The notes under the pieces are model-generated. The model was not told the origin of the DNA. It made no database searches and was given only the letters and a program-made list of their open reading frames with translations. Position numbers and translations under genes: made by a program. Shown here in pieces: positions 50,201 through 64,000 of a DNA stretch of 64,000 nucleotides (position 1 is the first letter of the stretch; every line of letters starts with the position of its first letter). This stretch comes from the human T2T-CHM13v2.0 reference genome, Homo sapiens: assembly GCF_009914755.1 (NCBI RefSeq), contig NC_060930.1, one strand, 5' to 3'.

Positions 50201-51779
50201 GGATAGGGAAGTACACACGTTTTCAATAAATTTATAGGTTACTTTTCCTCTTCCTGTGAACAACTTTGAGTTTCCATTTCCAGCTTTAGCATAGTCTACC
50301 CACTTGAAGTTCTGAACCCTAATACATATTGTATGTGTGTGTTCGGGTGGGGGGGGCGCTGGGAAATTGGGAGACATAGTTTGGTGCAAATTTCTGTGGG
50401 AAATGTAACACATTAGCCATTATTGGTTATTAATAATAATTGGTGAAATTTGTCAAAGCTTTTATGAAAGTTCCAGTAAGAAACAGAAACCACGTCTAAA
50501 CTTGTTTTATTTGTTGGATGAAATTTTGTGTTTCATGGGGAAAGGATGGAGGGTGATAAATTATTCTGATATTCCCAGGCAGATACAGGGCAGCATGAGT
50601 ACCTTAGGGTCAGGTCACTGTGAAGTAGGAAACAGCACTAAAAAGAAAGGGGAAATGAATGTCATGAAAAGTTCCTATTGACAACTTTATTTTGCTTGGA
50701 GACATGACATCCAGAAATCTCTGTTACATCAGTGTCCTACCCACAGTGAAAAAATATAGATAATGATTCATTCCCCACTGATTATTTTCTACCAGAATTT
50801 TTCTGGTGGATTTTAAAAAGAACCACAAAAATATAAATCTTTAAAAATTCACTTTTATTGTACCATATAATGGTGCTTTTTTGTTAAGGAATCAATGTGT
50901 ACAATCTGAAACCGGGTGACTGGGGAGGTTGGGACTTTATTTCTGCAACTGGAGAAATTTTCCATAATAGAAGAAAATGCACCAACTTTTTTTGCTGCAG
51001 GTTTTCCTTTGAGATCAATAAAATAATAAACCACAAAAATACAGCCATTAAAGTATTGGGTTTTCCATGAGAATATAGCATGTTTATAGGCTGGCCTTCA
51101 AGTCCCTTGTCTTCAATCAGGCATATCCAAGGCACCAGAGTTGCAATTAATAACAAGATGATGAGCTGTTTTTTGTTGTTGTTGTCTTTGTTGCTCACTC
51201 CTCCCCACTGTGAGGTAAGGGCTGTCCTGGGTTATCTTGTTGTTGTTTCAAGTTTCTTTGCACATTGCTTGCAGAAATCCACCCTCTACTTTTCTGTAAA
51301 GGAGAAACCTTTGTGAGAAGGTGGATAATAATTAGATAGAAGAAAGGAATTAGTCATCCATCATGAAGTCACTGCTATTAAATGTTATAATATAATCTCT
51401 ACTGCTATTTCTAACTAGCTTTTAGTCATTCCAGACATTTAGTCCTACAAAGCTCCTTTTTAAAAACACTTTATGAAATTATTCAATGATGTTTTTGCAA
51501 ATACAATAAATTCCAAAGTATTACCTCTCTGAAAAATATCCGTTAGAGGAACAGTGTTGTAATTATACCAATCGTATAGGGGTTTTTATCCTTTTCCAAG
51601 TCATCTCCATATATTTTAACCATTCTGCATTACCCTATATCAAATATGACTGATGTAAAAATTTCTAAGATAGGACAGTTTAGTAAGAGAGCCAAAAATG
51701 TGTAAGGAATATGACAAATTGTACTATATGCTTTACCCAGCTGGTTGCATTTGTGCCTATTGCTTCATCTGGCCCCATC

Positions 51780-53085
51780 TCCCCCAGATTTCATCTTCTC
51801 TCTTTGCTGCAGGAAAATATATCTAATTGTCCAATCAAAACTGGCTCTTGGCTAACTCAAAGGCTCCTTAAATTCAACTTTTTAAAAACAAAATAAATAA
51901 CCTTAACCTCTTCCATACTGTCTCAGTTTATTTACGTTGCTATAAAAGAATACCTGAAGCTGGGTGACTTATAAAGAAGAGAGGTGTATTTGGCTCATGG
52001 TTCTGCAGGCTGTACAAGAAGCATGGCACCAGCATTTGCTTCTGGTGAGGACCTCAGGAAGCTTCCACCCATAGTGGAAAGTGAAGGGCAATAGGCATCA
52101 CGTGGAGAGAGTAAGGGAGGGAAGGGATGAGTTGCCAGGCTCTTTTCAACAATCAGGTCTCTTGGGAACTAATGGAGCAAGAACTCACTTATTACCAAGT
52201 TATGCATGAGGGATCTGAGCCCATGATCCAAACACCTCCCACAAGGTCCCACCTTCAACATTGGGGATCAAATTTCAACATGAGATTCAGAGAAGACAAA
52301 TATTCAAACTATATCACATGCCAAAATAAAAAAAGAAAACAACATCAAAACCAAAAAAATTCTACTCTTCCAGTAGTTTTTTCTCAATGAACATCATCAC
52401 TTTCAATTCAACCGAAAGGCAAGAAACTATTTTACCTTTGACATCGCCTCCACTTTACCTCTTTGTTCAACCTATCACTGTGTCCTCTTGATTCTACCTC
52501 ATAGATAGTCCTCAATTCCTTTCACTATTCAATACCTCTATCACCACTGCTGTAGTTCAAACTCTCATCAGTTTTGACCTGGAAAACTGCAATGTCTTCT
52601 TAGTGAGTTTCCTTGCCTTCTATCTTGGCCATTCTAGCTGATTCTCTAGGTGGTTTCTGAAGTAATCATTAAAAAGGTAGATATTATTTTGTCATGCCCT
52701 TGATTATAACTTTTAAATTGTTTCCCATAGTTCTTTGGATAAGAACAAATTTCTTCACTATATTAAAGAGTTCCCATATAAACTGTCTTCTGTAAGTTTA
52801 CCAGCATCATCTTTTATAACTTGCCAGTAATTCTAAGAAGTCTATCTTGGCTTATTGTACATCCTACAAAATCATGCTTATTTCTGTTTTAGGGCCTGCC
52901 TTTCCACAGGCCATTCTGTGAAGATTCTAGGTTTCCTTAGGATAAGGACCATATTTCTTTCACTTGCTTTTTATCCAAAGCCCATTCAAGTACCTAGTAC
53001 TTGAAACTCAGTAAAAAATATATATTTATATTTATGTAAAAATGTATTTATGGATATAAATATATATATATATATTTCCTGCATG
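51780..53085 (+). mobile_element. L2 3' region interrupted by MSTB
   Basis: ttgattctacctc...tcaccactgctgtagttcaaactctcatc...gacctggaaaactgcaat; tail ttccttaggataaggaccat...ctcagtaaa. Confidence 0.6.
51919..52316 (-). mobile_element. MSTB-like MaLR solo LTR, complete
   Basis: gttgctataaaagaatacctga...tggctcatggttctgcaggctgtacaagaagcatggcaccagcat...caaactatatca; TSD cat(a/g)c. Confidence 0.92.
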
Positions 53086-54959
53086 AATCATGATTAAGTG
53101 AAAAATTATACTCTATTACCCCATTTTTATTTGCCCTCTTTTAAATTCTTAGATATCTATGTCTTGGACTAAAATGGAAAGTATTTATTTTCATAGCTAC
53201 AAGTGTAATTCTTATTACAGTTAATCAACAATAGTTTATTGAGCTCTAATAATTTTCAAATGATTTCATTAATAGCTAAGGATATCTGAAGGCCACCTAA
53301 TTTTCATAAGTAATATTTTGTTTAAAAAATTAACAAAGATAAGAGATAGGGAGAGGAGAACATAGTTTGAGATAAGACCCCAAAACAAATTTGGGTTGCA
53401 GAAGCAGCAGAGACCATTCTGTTTACATTAGAAAGTTTGGGCCAGTAAGTATGAAACTATAAATTTCAAAATGTCCAGTTAAGCTAACTTGGATGAACTA
53501 TTTTCTGATAATCAAAGTCCATCAATTCTGAATCAATTTTTCCCTACTATTTTTAACATCCGGTTCCATAGAGCTATCTACTAAAATTTGTCTATATCAA
53601 AGGAACAATATTAACAAGGTTAATATATACTGCTAAGGCCTGTCTCCGCATAAGAACCTATAGATCTCTGGAGTATGGTGGGGTATTATTATTTTAGACC
53701 ACTGGCAAATGCAGTGGATGTTGGTACCAGGGAAATCAGTAAAGTGTAAAGATCATAAAGGAGAATATATATATTTCCCTAGATTATTTCAGAAGAAGGA
53801 AGGGATTTTAGCTCTAACAATTCTGTGAAGCAGATTAAAAGCCAAGTTTTTTTAAAAACTATTTAATTATTATAATCATGTACAGGCTGACATTGAAGTT
53901 TGAGTTACAAGTCATAACATGACTTTGATGCTAGGCTCATGTTTGAAAAAATTCCATGCAAAGTCCTTAGCACAGTAATATACCCTTAATAGCTTGTTTT
54001 AAAACTTTTTTTCCTGTGTGTTAGCAAGCATAATTTTATATGCTAGGATTTTTGCATCCTGAAAAGATTAGAACTATTGGATTAAGTTATCGAGAGGAAG
54101 CACCTGGGATGATTAAGAGAAGGAAATGCAAAAAATCAGAGGCAAATATTAAACTTATATACTGAGTGCCTTGTTTTAAAAAGAACAACCCTCTAGATTT
54201 TAACATTTTGTAAGAATTATAATGTTCTTTTTTAAAAATTATTCTACTGTCATAAAATAATATTTTGAAATTTCTTCCCTTTTGAGAAGAAAAAATTGTA
54301 CTATTATGAAATACAGGAAATGAATCAGTATGTAATTTTCAAGTCCAGATTATATCCTATACTAGGAACCATCCTGATATTGTAACTTATTTTGTCTATT
54401 GCCTTAAAAGGTGATTTTCTTTAAATATAAACATTTAAGAGCCATTATGTATGGTATATGCTAAAATCCTAGAATATAGAGTCAAAATGGCTTAGATGCA
54501 GAATGTAAATTTTTTCAATTTAAATTTAAATTTTTAAAGCCATGAAACCCCAGACCTTATTTTTAGGGTTTCTGAATATTGGTCTCCTCATATAAAATAA
54601 TGATAATATTTATATCTTATAGATGTATGGGATTAAAAGAAACAATGATTGTGGAGTATTTGGAATATTAACTGGTAAATAATAATTGATAAATGGTGAC
54701 TATTGTTGGTGCTTTTATTATAGTACTAATATTTACATTCAGAGAACCAGAATGTTATAAATAAATCCAATATACCCCTTTGAAAAAATACTTCATAGAG
54801 GTGTCCAAAAAAAGGGAGTAAAAATGTTTGTGCTACTTCAAAGAATGTGTATAATACATTTATGAGATTTTGGCTGACCAGGATCTATACATTCAACTTC
54901 CAATAATGATTTGAAGATCCATCTGTCTCTTCTGCCACATTTAATCCATAAGGTTTGAA

Positions 54960-55312
54960 TAGGATTCCTACTTTCATTCTAGGCAGATGGCATGCAATAA
55001 CTCAAGCCTAGGTTTATTAGTATATGACATTTTTCTTAGCTTTGGTGATTGACTTAGGCTGGGCACTTACAACAAGCACAGCCAATGAGATGGAATTAAG
55101 CTTTTGTTGGAATTTATAGGAGAGAAGCTATTTCCCTTTTCCATAGAATTTGAAACTGGAATGATGGAAGATTGGGAGTCAATATAGATGTCATGTACCT
55201 ACCAGAGGTCTTCCATGCAAAATAAAGCCAAAATGGAGAAAAGTGGAGCTAAGAATCAAACTTGATCCTTATGATAATTGTTTGAGCCCACTGATCATGT
55301 CAGGCTTTAAAC
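54960..55312 (+). mobile_element. MLT1J/K-like LTR fragment
   Basis: ggtgattgacttaggctgggcac...cagccaatgag...ttgtttgagccc. Confidence 0.45.
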
Positions 55313-55315
55313 ATC

Positions 55316-55718
55316 ACTATGATCGGATGTTTATATCCCCCAAAATTCCTATGTTGGAACCCTAACCCCCAAATGGATTTTTATATCCCCCAAAATTCAT
55401 ATGTTGAAATCCTAATCCCCCTGTTTGGAGGTGGGGCCTTTCGGAGGTGATTAGATCATGGGGGCAAAGCCCTCATGAATGGGCTTAGTGCCTTTAGAAA
55501 ACAGGTCCAAAGGAGCTCTTTCATCCATTTCACCATGTGAGGACATAGCACAGAAGCACCAGCTATGAGCCATATAGTGGGCCCTCACCAGACACTTATC
55601 TGCTGACACCTTGATCTTGTGCTTCTCAGACTTCAGGACTGTGAAAAATTTCAGTTGTTTATAAGCTACCCAGTTAATGATATTTTGTTTTAGCAGTCCC
55701 CAATGACTAACACAGACA
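55316..55718 (+). mobile_element. MLT1A0/MST-like LTR with internal 50-bp tandem duplication
   Basis: ccccaaaattcatatgttgaaatcctaatcccc...ggaggtggggcctt...gccctcatgaatggg...tgctgacaccttgatctt...tttataagctacccagt. Confidence 0.85.
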
Positions 55719-56544
55719 CGTCATCTGGCTTTTAAGGAATCACTGAAAGAAACAAGGAATAGAAATGTGTTCTTGAGCCAGAGCATAAGCAGGAATACCC
55801 CTTTGAAGGGGTGATTTAAGTGTTGTAACTTGGAAGACTTTCACTGGTAGTAAGCATAACTTTGCAATGATTTCAAAATAAAATGGAAGACAGAATTTTT
55901 GTTTGCTTGCTTTTCAAAACTAATTAGATAGAACACAGTTGATTAATTAGGAAACACAATGCTTATTATACAGATTATTTTTGGTTACATAAAATGTTTT
56001 AATTATAAATGTTTAATTTATGAAATATCATAGATACAAACAAAATTAAGTGTACAAAGATATTTGTTTCTGTCCAGCATCCACAGTTAATTTTAGCAGA
56101 TACTTGTATACAGTGTCAACTTTGAATAGTTGACCTAGGAGTGCCCAAAAACTATTCATAAGTATTGATGTTTTTCTAATAAGACAGTATCATCCAAAGC
56201 AATTAAGGTTTGAAAAAATAGATACTTTATTGAATTTTATTGTCTTTTGTTGTTAAAACACTGGATAAGAAAGGTGCCAATTCAAAATCCTGGGAATAGA
56301 AAATAGAAATGGAGAATAATGAAAGAATGGATTTGTTCAGTATTTACTAGCTATTTCCCTTACCTTCATTATATAAGTTATATAAATTCTGAGAATAGAA
56401 AAATAACTTGAGTTTTGAATGTGAATTATGCTATTCAGATCTCTTTTGTCTTCATTTTAAAATAACTTTGTAAAGTTGGCTAACACAAATTTTCAAAAAA
56501 TTACCTTTGAATTGTTAAGTATAGCTATGTTGACAATATTCTTA

Positions 56545-57470
56545 AACAACTTTCAATGACACGTAATACACATAAAGAGAAGTGCACCTATATAAATGTA
56601 TATATTGCAGGATTTTCACAACTAAACATATCCCCGCAATCAGCCCCCCTATTAAGAGACAGATTATTACCAACACACCAGAATCTCCCTTCTTACATTC
56701 CATTTCACTATCGCTATCTTCTAAAACATAGTTTTGACTATTCCTACACTTTGTGTTATTTGAGTCATATTATACGTAGTCTTTATTATCTAACTTCCTT
56801 TGTTCAACATTCTCTGTGAGGTCCATTCATACTGTTGGGCATGCGGCTAATTCTATTGGAACTAAAAGTTGAGTATTCCAAATAAAAAAATCCAAAAAAA
56901 ATTGCTGCAAAATCTGAAACTTCCGGACTGCCAAAGTAATACTCAAAATAAATGCTTATTGGAGAATTTCAGATTTTCAGATTTGGGATGTTCAACCAAT
57001 AAGTATATATAATACACATAACTCAAATCCAAAAACGTCACAAATCTGAAACTCTTTTGGTCCCAAGCATTTTGGCTAAGGAATACTCAACCAGTATTAC
57101 AAACACTGCCACTCTAAATCTTGTAGTATGTGTCTTTTGGTAAGCATATATATGAATTTCTGTTGGGTATTACTTAAGGAGTGGAATTGTTAGATCACAT
57201 AAATTGTTTGAGTAACTATTTTCAAAGTGGTTGTACCAATTTATAGCCTTACCAGCAGCACATGAGAATTCTAGTTGCTCCACATTCTCACCAATACTTG
57301 TTATTTTCTACCTTTTAAGTTGTAGCCATTTTGGTTGGTATGTGGTAGTACCTCACAGTGTTAATTTATATTTCCTTGATGTGTATATTTTAATTCATTT
57401 ATTTGTTCATTTGTTATCACCTTTGGTGATGTGTCAGTTCAAAGTTTTTTGTATAGTGACAGCATTTTTA
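56545..57470 (-). mobile_element. L1ME-type 3' fragment interrupted by Tigger4a
   Basis: ttttcacaactaaaca...; caaagtggttgtaccaattta...gttgctccacattctcaccaatacttg. Confidence 0.7.
56866..57094. mobile_element. Tigger4a (Zombi/MER46-like) MITE
   Basis: Termini agttgagtattcc and ggaatactcaacc with flanking TA; internal aatctgaaac repeats. Confidence 0.8.
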
Positions 57471-57708
57471 TAATGTTAAATCAGCAGCAGTTACAATATT
57501 TGAAGTCAGGATTTTCATTTCAAATGGAAGCTCAAAAATCCCTTTGGTTCATACATGCCTTCATCCATCTCAAATAATATAACATCTGATACAGAAAAGT
57601 GTATTTGTTTCTTGGAGCTAACAGTAGGAATTTGCACGCGCTGAGGAAAAAAAACCTAAGTTCTGATTCTAGCAAAAGAGTAATTATTTTGGAATTTCTC
57701 TTAATGTT

Positions 57709-57786
57709 AAAAGTAAAGGCATTTTACCATTACCTTTGTCATTAAAAGTGACGGAAAAACTGCAATTACTTTTGCACCAACCTAAT
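57709..57786. mobile_element. MADE1 (Hsmar1 MITE), left arm degraded
   Basis: aaaaactgcaattacttttgcaccaacctaata matches the Hsmar1 TIR plus TA. Confidence 0.85.
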
Positions 57787-58009
57787 AGCCCTATAAAGTC
57801 TTCACCACTTTAAATTCATTTGCAGGAGAGAGAATTGTCATCGATTTAATTATGTGATAAAGTATCTATATTTATAGTAGCTATCTCATTGGAAATGGTT
57901 ATTTGAAAAATTTGATTTTTTTTCGACATTTTTAAACTTGATCTGTCATTCTTTGGTATTTTCTTTTACTTAGTATATTTAGCTCCTACTATTGATTTGG
58001 TGCTCTACC

Positions 58010-58200
58010 TGACCTGTTACATATATTATCTAATTTAATATTCACAGTAAGTGTAGCAGGTAGGATTTCTATTATCTTCATTTTAAAGATGAGTACATGG
58101 AGGCTTAGAGAAGAGAGAAACTTACCCCATGTCACAGTGCTGTTAAGAAGTGAGGACAGGATTCAAAGATAGCTTTGGCGTATCAAAACTGATGCTTTAT
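58010..58200 (-). mobile_element. MIR
   Basis: taatttaatattcacag...attttaaagatgag...gaggcttagagaag...gtcacag...ggattcaaa. Confidence 0.7.
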
Positions 58201-58210
58201 TCCACAAGGA

Positions 58211-58560
58211 GCGGTGGCTCACGTCTGTAATCCCAGCACTTTGGGAGGCCGAGGCGGGCAGATCATGAGGTCAGGAGATCGAGACCATCCTGGCTAACAC
58301 GGTGAAACCCCGTCTCTACTAAAAATACAAAAAATTAGCTGGGCGTTGTGGCGGGCGCCTGTAGTTCCAGCTACTCAGGAGGCTGAGGCAGGAGAATGGC
58401 GTGAACCCAGGAGGCGGAGCTTGCAGTGAGCTGAGATTGCGCCACTGCACTCCAGCCTGGGCGACAGAGCAACAGAGCGAGACTCTTTCTAAAACAAAAC
58501 AAAACAAAACAAAACAAAACAAAACAAAACAAAACAAAAAAACCAAACAAACAAACAAAA
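58211..58560 (+). mobile_element. AluY with (CAAAA)n tail
   Basis: gagatcgagaccatcctggctaacacgg and ggagaatggcgtgaaccc diagnostics; TSD core ctgatgcttta. Confidence 0.96.
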
Positions 58561-60722
58561 ACCCTGATGCTTTACTTCTTGTTATCCCCTATAACTTACT
58601 TGGTGTACAACTCCTCAAGTCTATCAAACAGTATAAACACACCTGTTTTATTTGGGCCTCACTAAGTCAAGTTGGATCTCTGTTTTGCTATATCTAAGGG
58701 ACTTTTTTTGCTCCCATCTTTCTTTACATCACAGCAACATTCTACATTATTGACCACTTCCATGTCCTTGAAACACACTTTCCTTTGGCTTCCATGAAAG
58801 AGCACTTTTTACTCTTTCTGTGTCTTTTTCTAGTGACAGCTTAGACAGGAGACACTGCTTAGACCTATGTAGGCTGTATCCCCTCAGTGTGGGCTTGTCT
58901 CTCAGTAGGAACTTCTAATTGAGTGTTTTGTGCATTTGACTGAAAGAGTCTCATTCCACTTTCAATACTTTCTTTATCTTCTTAGCATATCTTTGTTAAA
59001 CTGCTCTAATGGGGCTGCCCTTGGCTGTTTAAAACATCTACATCCTTCTCTGAAGTTCTTTTCAAATTTTATACTGCTGTACTCCTTGTTAGATTCCAAA
59101 ACTCTCATTTTTTAAAAAAAGTGACTCACCCTGTGTGTTGAAAAGTTCTGGTGGTTCTGGCACCTTAGATTTGGCCTCAGAAATTATTACAGTTCAGCCT
59201 AAGTATAATTTTTTCCACATTGATTTGATTTATGATGAGCATTTGTTTCACTCTTATCAAATAAGAACTCATTTATTTTAAATAAAATGACATTCTGAGC
59301 CAGAAGACAGAAGGTGTACTTGGCAAATGAAAAGATCACCATGTTTGCTTGCATCAGTAGAAGTTATGTTTTTATATACTCTGAGAATATTTTAAATGTG
59401 GGCTCTTTTATTTGATTTGTACCATAAACAAAGAGGCAAGAGAAATGGATCAACATGAGGTAGAAAAGACATAAATTATTAACATCAGAAGAGATTACTT
59501 TCAGGATGAAGCAGTAGTTGTGAATTTCATAGATTAATAAAGAAATAGCGGAAAGCAGAAACAAAATTTCATATACTGAAATTCATTTTGAGGCTCCATT
59601 TGCTACATCTTTGCTTTTTGTTAGAGCACCTCATCAGACATCAAATTGTTTGGTTTTTATCTTTGTATTCAGCACAAAGAATGCCTGAAAATAGCCTTTG
59701 ACTCACAAAGAGCAACCTCCATTAGAAAGTGAGTGAGAGGCAGAAGGATGGCCTTGATCTGCTATAGCTTCACTAAGAAGTGTAGAATGAGGCAGCTTCC
59801 AGGAAAAGGAGCTACTATGTATTGTGAGGGTTTTAGAGGAAATGGTTCCCAACTGCTTGAGCACTCCCAGGAAAATCGGAAGGAGGATGACAGTTTTATC
59901 TCAGCAAGGATGAGCATCCGAATCAAATCTAACATGGCATCCTGGGCGAATGTGTGATTCCTGAAGGTGACTGCATATAAATTAAGAATGGCTGGATGAG
60001 GATATCTCCCCTGTGAACACTGATGGTTTCTACTTCACTGCTACCCCTCTCCACGTTCTTTTCAATGTGCCCCAAATCCCTTGCTCAATACAAAGCCAAG
60101 TTCTACCAGCTGTTGCGCACTGGCAACTCAGCAAGACCAGCCTCCGCTCAGTCTTAGTGTTCTACTCAGGGTTATGACTACTCATGATTTATGCCTGAGG
60201 CCCCTCCGTGTGTTCTGCCCAATTTAGCAACTGTCCCGCATTTATTTTCATTTTAAATAGTGTATCAGTATTTGGGGGCTCCTTAAAATTCATTGGGATG
60301 GGTTTAAGAGGCCTCTGCTTTATAGTTGCAATTTCTACTATGTCCTCAACTGTAGTGAACAACTAGGTTCACTATATCTACAGAAGACAACTCAACAGAA
60401 AGTAGACAAATTTTTTTCTGATACCTGCTTTAATCAGAAAGATAATTAGTAAGGGTTTAAACATATCAATATAACCAGGACCTTCCTTTCAAGGGCAGCA
60501 TGCAAGCCTCAGCTGACAAAATTAACTGCTTGTGGATATGAATGGCTGAAGACAACTAACTCTGTACTTGGGTGGTATTACAGAAGTATTCAATTCTGCT
60601 GTCTGTTGGCCACTAGAGTTTCCATTCAATTAGGCGATTGTGCTTTTTAGTGCCTGAGAGGTACATGAGGCCCCCAGAATCCAGTTAGTAATATCAGTAG
60701 AAAGCATCAGAAATTTTACATT

Positions 60723-60724
<2 letters not shown>

Positions 60725-60755
<31 letters not shown>
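60725..60755. repeat. (AT)n microsatellite
   Basis: Direct reading. Confidence 0.97.
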
Positions 60756-60758
<3 letters not shown>

Positions 60759-62038
60759 TACGTAGGAAATAAATATTAAGTAGTCCTGCCATACATAGTC
60801 TATAGTCCAAAGTTTTTTATTAATTTTTTTATGTTAAAATCTATAATTCTTGTTCAATGATGCTGTTTTGTTTTGCAATTAACCTTTTTGACAACAATAA
60901 ATGTAAAAATATAAATGCATATTTAATAAGAAATTTGTATTAAATTTATGCTTTCAAAAAATAGATGATACATGTATGTCTTACAGAAAAGTTGATCAAA
61001 AGTTGCCATCCTTTGTGGGTTGCATATCATTACTATCCTTGTGAAACCCAGAAGACACTAATCTGTTGGTCAAGAATCAGCAATTACTTTAAAAGTTAAA
61101 AGTTATTTTTAAGAACACTGTATTCAAAGATGGCAATACTAGCTGTGCAGCTGCAAAAGATGCATTAATATACAACTCTTGGGCATTATTTTTCATTTAG
61201 ATCAAATGAATGACCTTTTAAGTTAATTATGCTAATTCTTGGTTAGAAATTTTGTGTGTGTAGAGAAAAAGCACACAAGTACATAAGCACACACTTAGAT
61301 ATTGCTAAGTTAAATATCTCAAGTGAAATAGCTGACATTATGAATGCTATTATAAATTTAGCTAAAAGTTCAATGTTAATTTTGTTTCAGTGATATTATG
61401 AATATTAATTTCATTGTGGTATAACTCCATGGTCAAAACAATTTTGTAACCAAAGAAAAGAAACCAGGGAGCAGAGATGTACTTTGTGGTACAAACAAAC
61501 CAATATGTGGTACAGAAACTCAATATAATTCATAATTATGCTCAAACAAAATGCAATATTCTACCAATAGAAATGAAGTTGTTGAAATTTATAAATATGT
61601 TAGGTATATACATAATAACTAAACTACCAAGCTGTTTTGCTAAGCCTGATGTTGAAAACAAGCAAAAAATTGTATAAGCTCTTTCTTTTTTCTACTCATC
61701 AGCAAGTTTATTTTAGAAATACATGAGCCTTTGAAGTGCTATTTTCAAAATCAACCTAACTGTACTACAAAAGGTTTAAATTTCTCTACACAAGTCTACT
61801 ATGATTTTATATTTGTACTTTGTTCAAAATTAGTTGTAAAACTTTAATCAAAATAACCAATGAATGACGGCCCTAAATTAATTCTTTGAAGTTTATAGCA
61901 AATTGAAATTATAAAAACAATACTTGCAAGCAGAAAGACATTTAACTCTACTAAAGGAAGGTTAAATTGAACAAAATATGCAATGCAAGTTCAAATAATG
62001 TACTGAATTTGGTTTTGAATTTATATAATAATACTTGA

Positions 62039-62378
<340 letters not shown>

Positions 62379-62693
62379 TGTTGTTACTATTTTTAATTGG
62401 ATACATTTACATTTTCAATGGAACTAAATTGAGACTGTCTAACATATTGCAACATCCAAATCCAGCCAAAGACCCAAGAGAGTCAACAGAAAATTTATTG
62501 ATGAGTTTCTTTCTTAAGAATGAAGCAGGAATGGATGATATTCACACAGATTTGGGGCTCTAAACATCTATATAACCTGGAAGAAGTTGTTAGACTTTCT
62601 ATTGTTTCAACTGAGCAGATAATGGGTAGGGAAGAAGAGGATTCAAATATTGATAATTTCACAATAGCATGGGGCACCCTTCCTTTCTTCCTA

Positions 62694-63635
62694 AAAATTT
62701 ATTTGACATACAAAAAGCTGTACATAATTAAAATGTATACAACTTGATGGAGATGTTTATATCCTTGAAATCATCATCACAGTTTATGCCATGAACCTAT
62801 ATATCACCTGCAAAACTTACCCTTCTTGTTTTTATTGCTATTATTGTTATTGATAAAATAATTTAACTTAGATCTATACTCTTAAGTTTTAAAATATACA
62901 GTACAGGATTATTAACTGTAGGTGTATGCTGTACAGATCTCTACGACTTGCTTATCTTACGCAACTGAAATTGCACTCTTTGACTAATGCCTCCACATTT
63001 TCTCTCACTTACCCCAGGCCCTGCCAACTACCATTCCACTCCCTGCTTCTATGAACTTAACTATTTAGAGTCACTATATAAGTGGTATCATGTAGTATTT
63101 GTTCTTCTGTCTCTGGCTTATTTCACTTGGCCAACGTCCCCCAGGTTCATCTATGTTGTCTTAGGTGGCAGGATTTCCTTCTTTTTAAGACTGAATAAAA
63201 TTCCATTGTATTTATATACTACATTTTCTTTATTTTCCCGTTAATGAACACTGAGGTTGCTTCCATGTCTTGGCTATCGTGAATAATGCTGCAATAACAT
63301 GGAATGTAGATGTCTCTTAGAGATCCCAATTTCAATTCCTTTGGATGTATATCCAGAAGTGGGATTTCTGGATTATATGATAGCTCTATTTTTAGTTGTT
63401 TGGGGAACTTCCATACGGTTTTCGGTAGTGGTTACACCAATTTACATTTACATCAACGGTATAAAAGGGTTCCCTGTTCTCTATATTCTCACTAAAATTT
63501 GATATATATGATATATGTATCATATTTGATATATATAATAACAGCCATCCTAATAAGTGTGAAGTGATCTCGTTGTTTTTATTTGCATTTCCCTGATGAT
63601 TTGTGATGTTGAGCACCTTTTCATATACCTGTTAG
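62694..63635 (-). mobile_element. L1MA8-10-like 3' fragment
   Basis: tgacatacaaaaagctgtacata...gtacagatctcta...tatttgcatttccctgatgatttgtgatgttgagcaccttttcatatacctgtt. Confidence 0.85.
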
Positions 63636-64000
63636 TGGGGGCACTTTTATACAACTCGTTCTTTGTATCCTTTTCACAGTTCCTTCCCATAGAGTTGGTG
63701 TATAAAAAGTGTGCCACATTTTATAATTCAAGTATTAACTGACATGCAAACGCACACAGAGAGCTGGAAGAAAATTTAGAATTTAAAGGAAATGGCAGAA
63801 CTGGAAAACCAACAGTATCTGACATCAGACAATTGTCCTTTCAATTTGCCAGATGCCTTGCAGTTGGACTTTATAAACAAACTTGGTAGACAGTCATTTA
63901 TGATTTGAAAAAATCTAAGATCTATTACAAGTAAACCTTTCAGATTGGTTAAGAAATTAAAACCTTTACTATAATGCAATCTCATATAAGTATAGTGAGA

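Overview
AT-rich, CpG-poor primate (most likely human) genomic DNA, intergenic or deep intronic. A large share is interspersed repeats: the 5' UTR of an L1PA8-class element, a near full-length minus-strand L1MA2-like element nested in an L2, two small 5'-inverted L1PA insertions, older L1M fragments, nine Alu/FRAM copies, over a dozen solo LTRs (MLT1, MLT2, MST, THE1, LTR47, MER39-like), DNA-transposon remnants, L2/MIR and microsatellites. I recognise no protein-coding gene, RNA gene or CRISPR array; the ORF track is mostly repeat-derived or chance. I did not find a new gene system. The most interesting signals are DNA-repair and retrotransposition scars read directly from the sequence: (1) a multi-template insertion at 29645-29910 built from inverted copies of 27952-28141 and 31529-31550; (2) a 5'-inverted L1PA carrying a probable 77-bp 3' transduction at 46304-46669; (3) an L1-inverted L1-AluY composite inside one target-site duplication (TSD) at 23419-24471; (4) several template-switch scars in the L1MA2. 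A few unique islands carry exon-like splice signals. Subfamily names come from remembered consensus sequences, and boundaries of old repeats are approximate.
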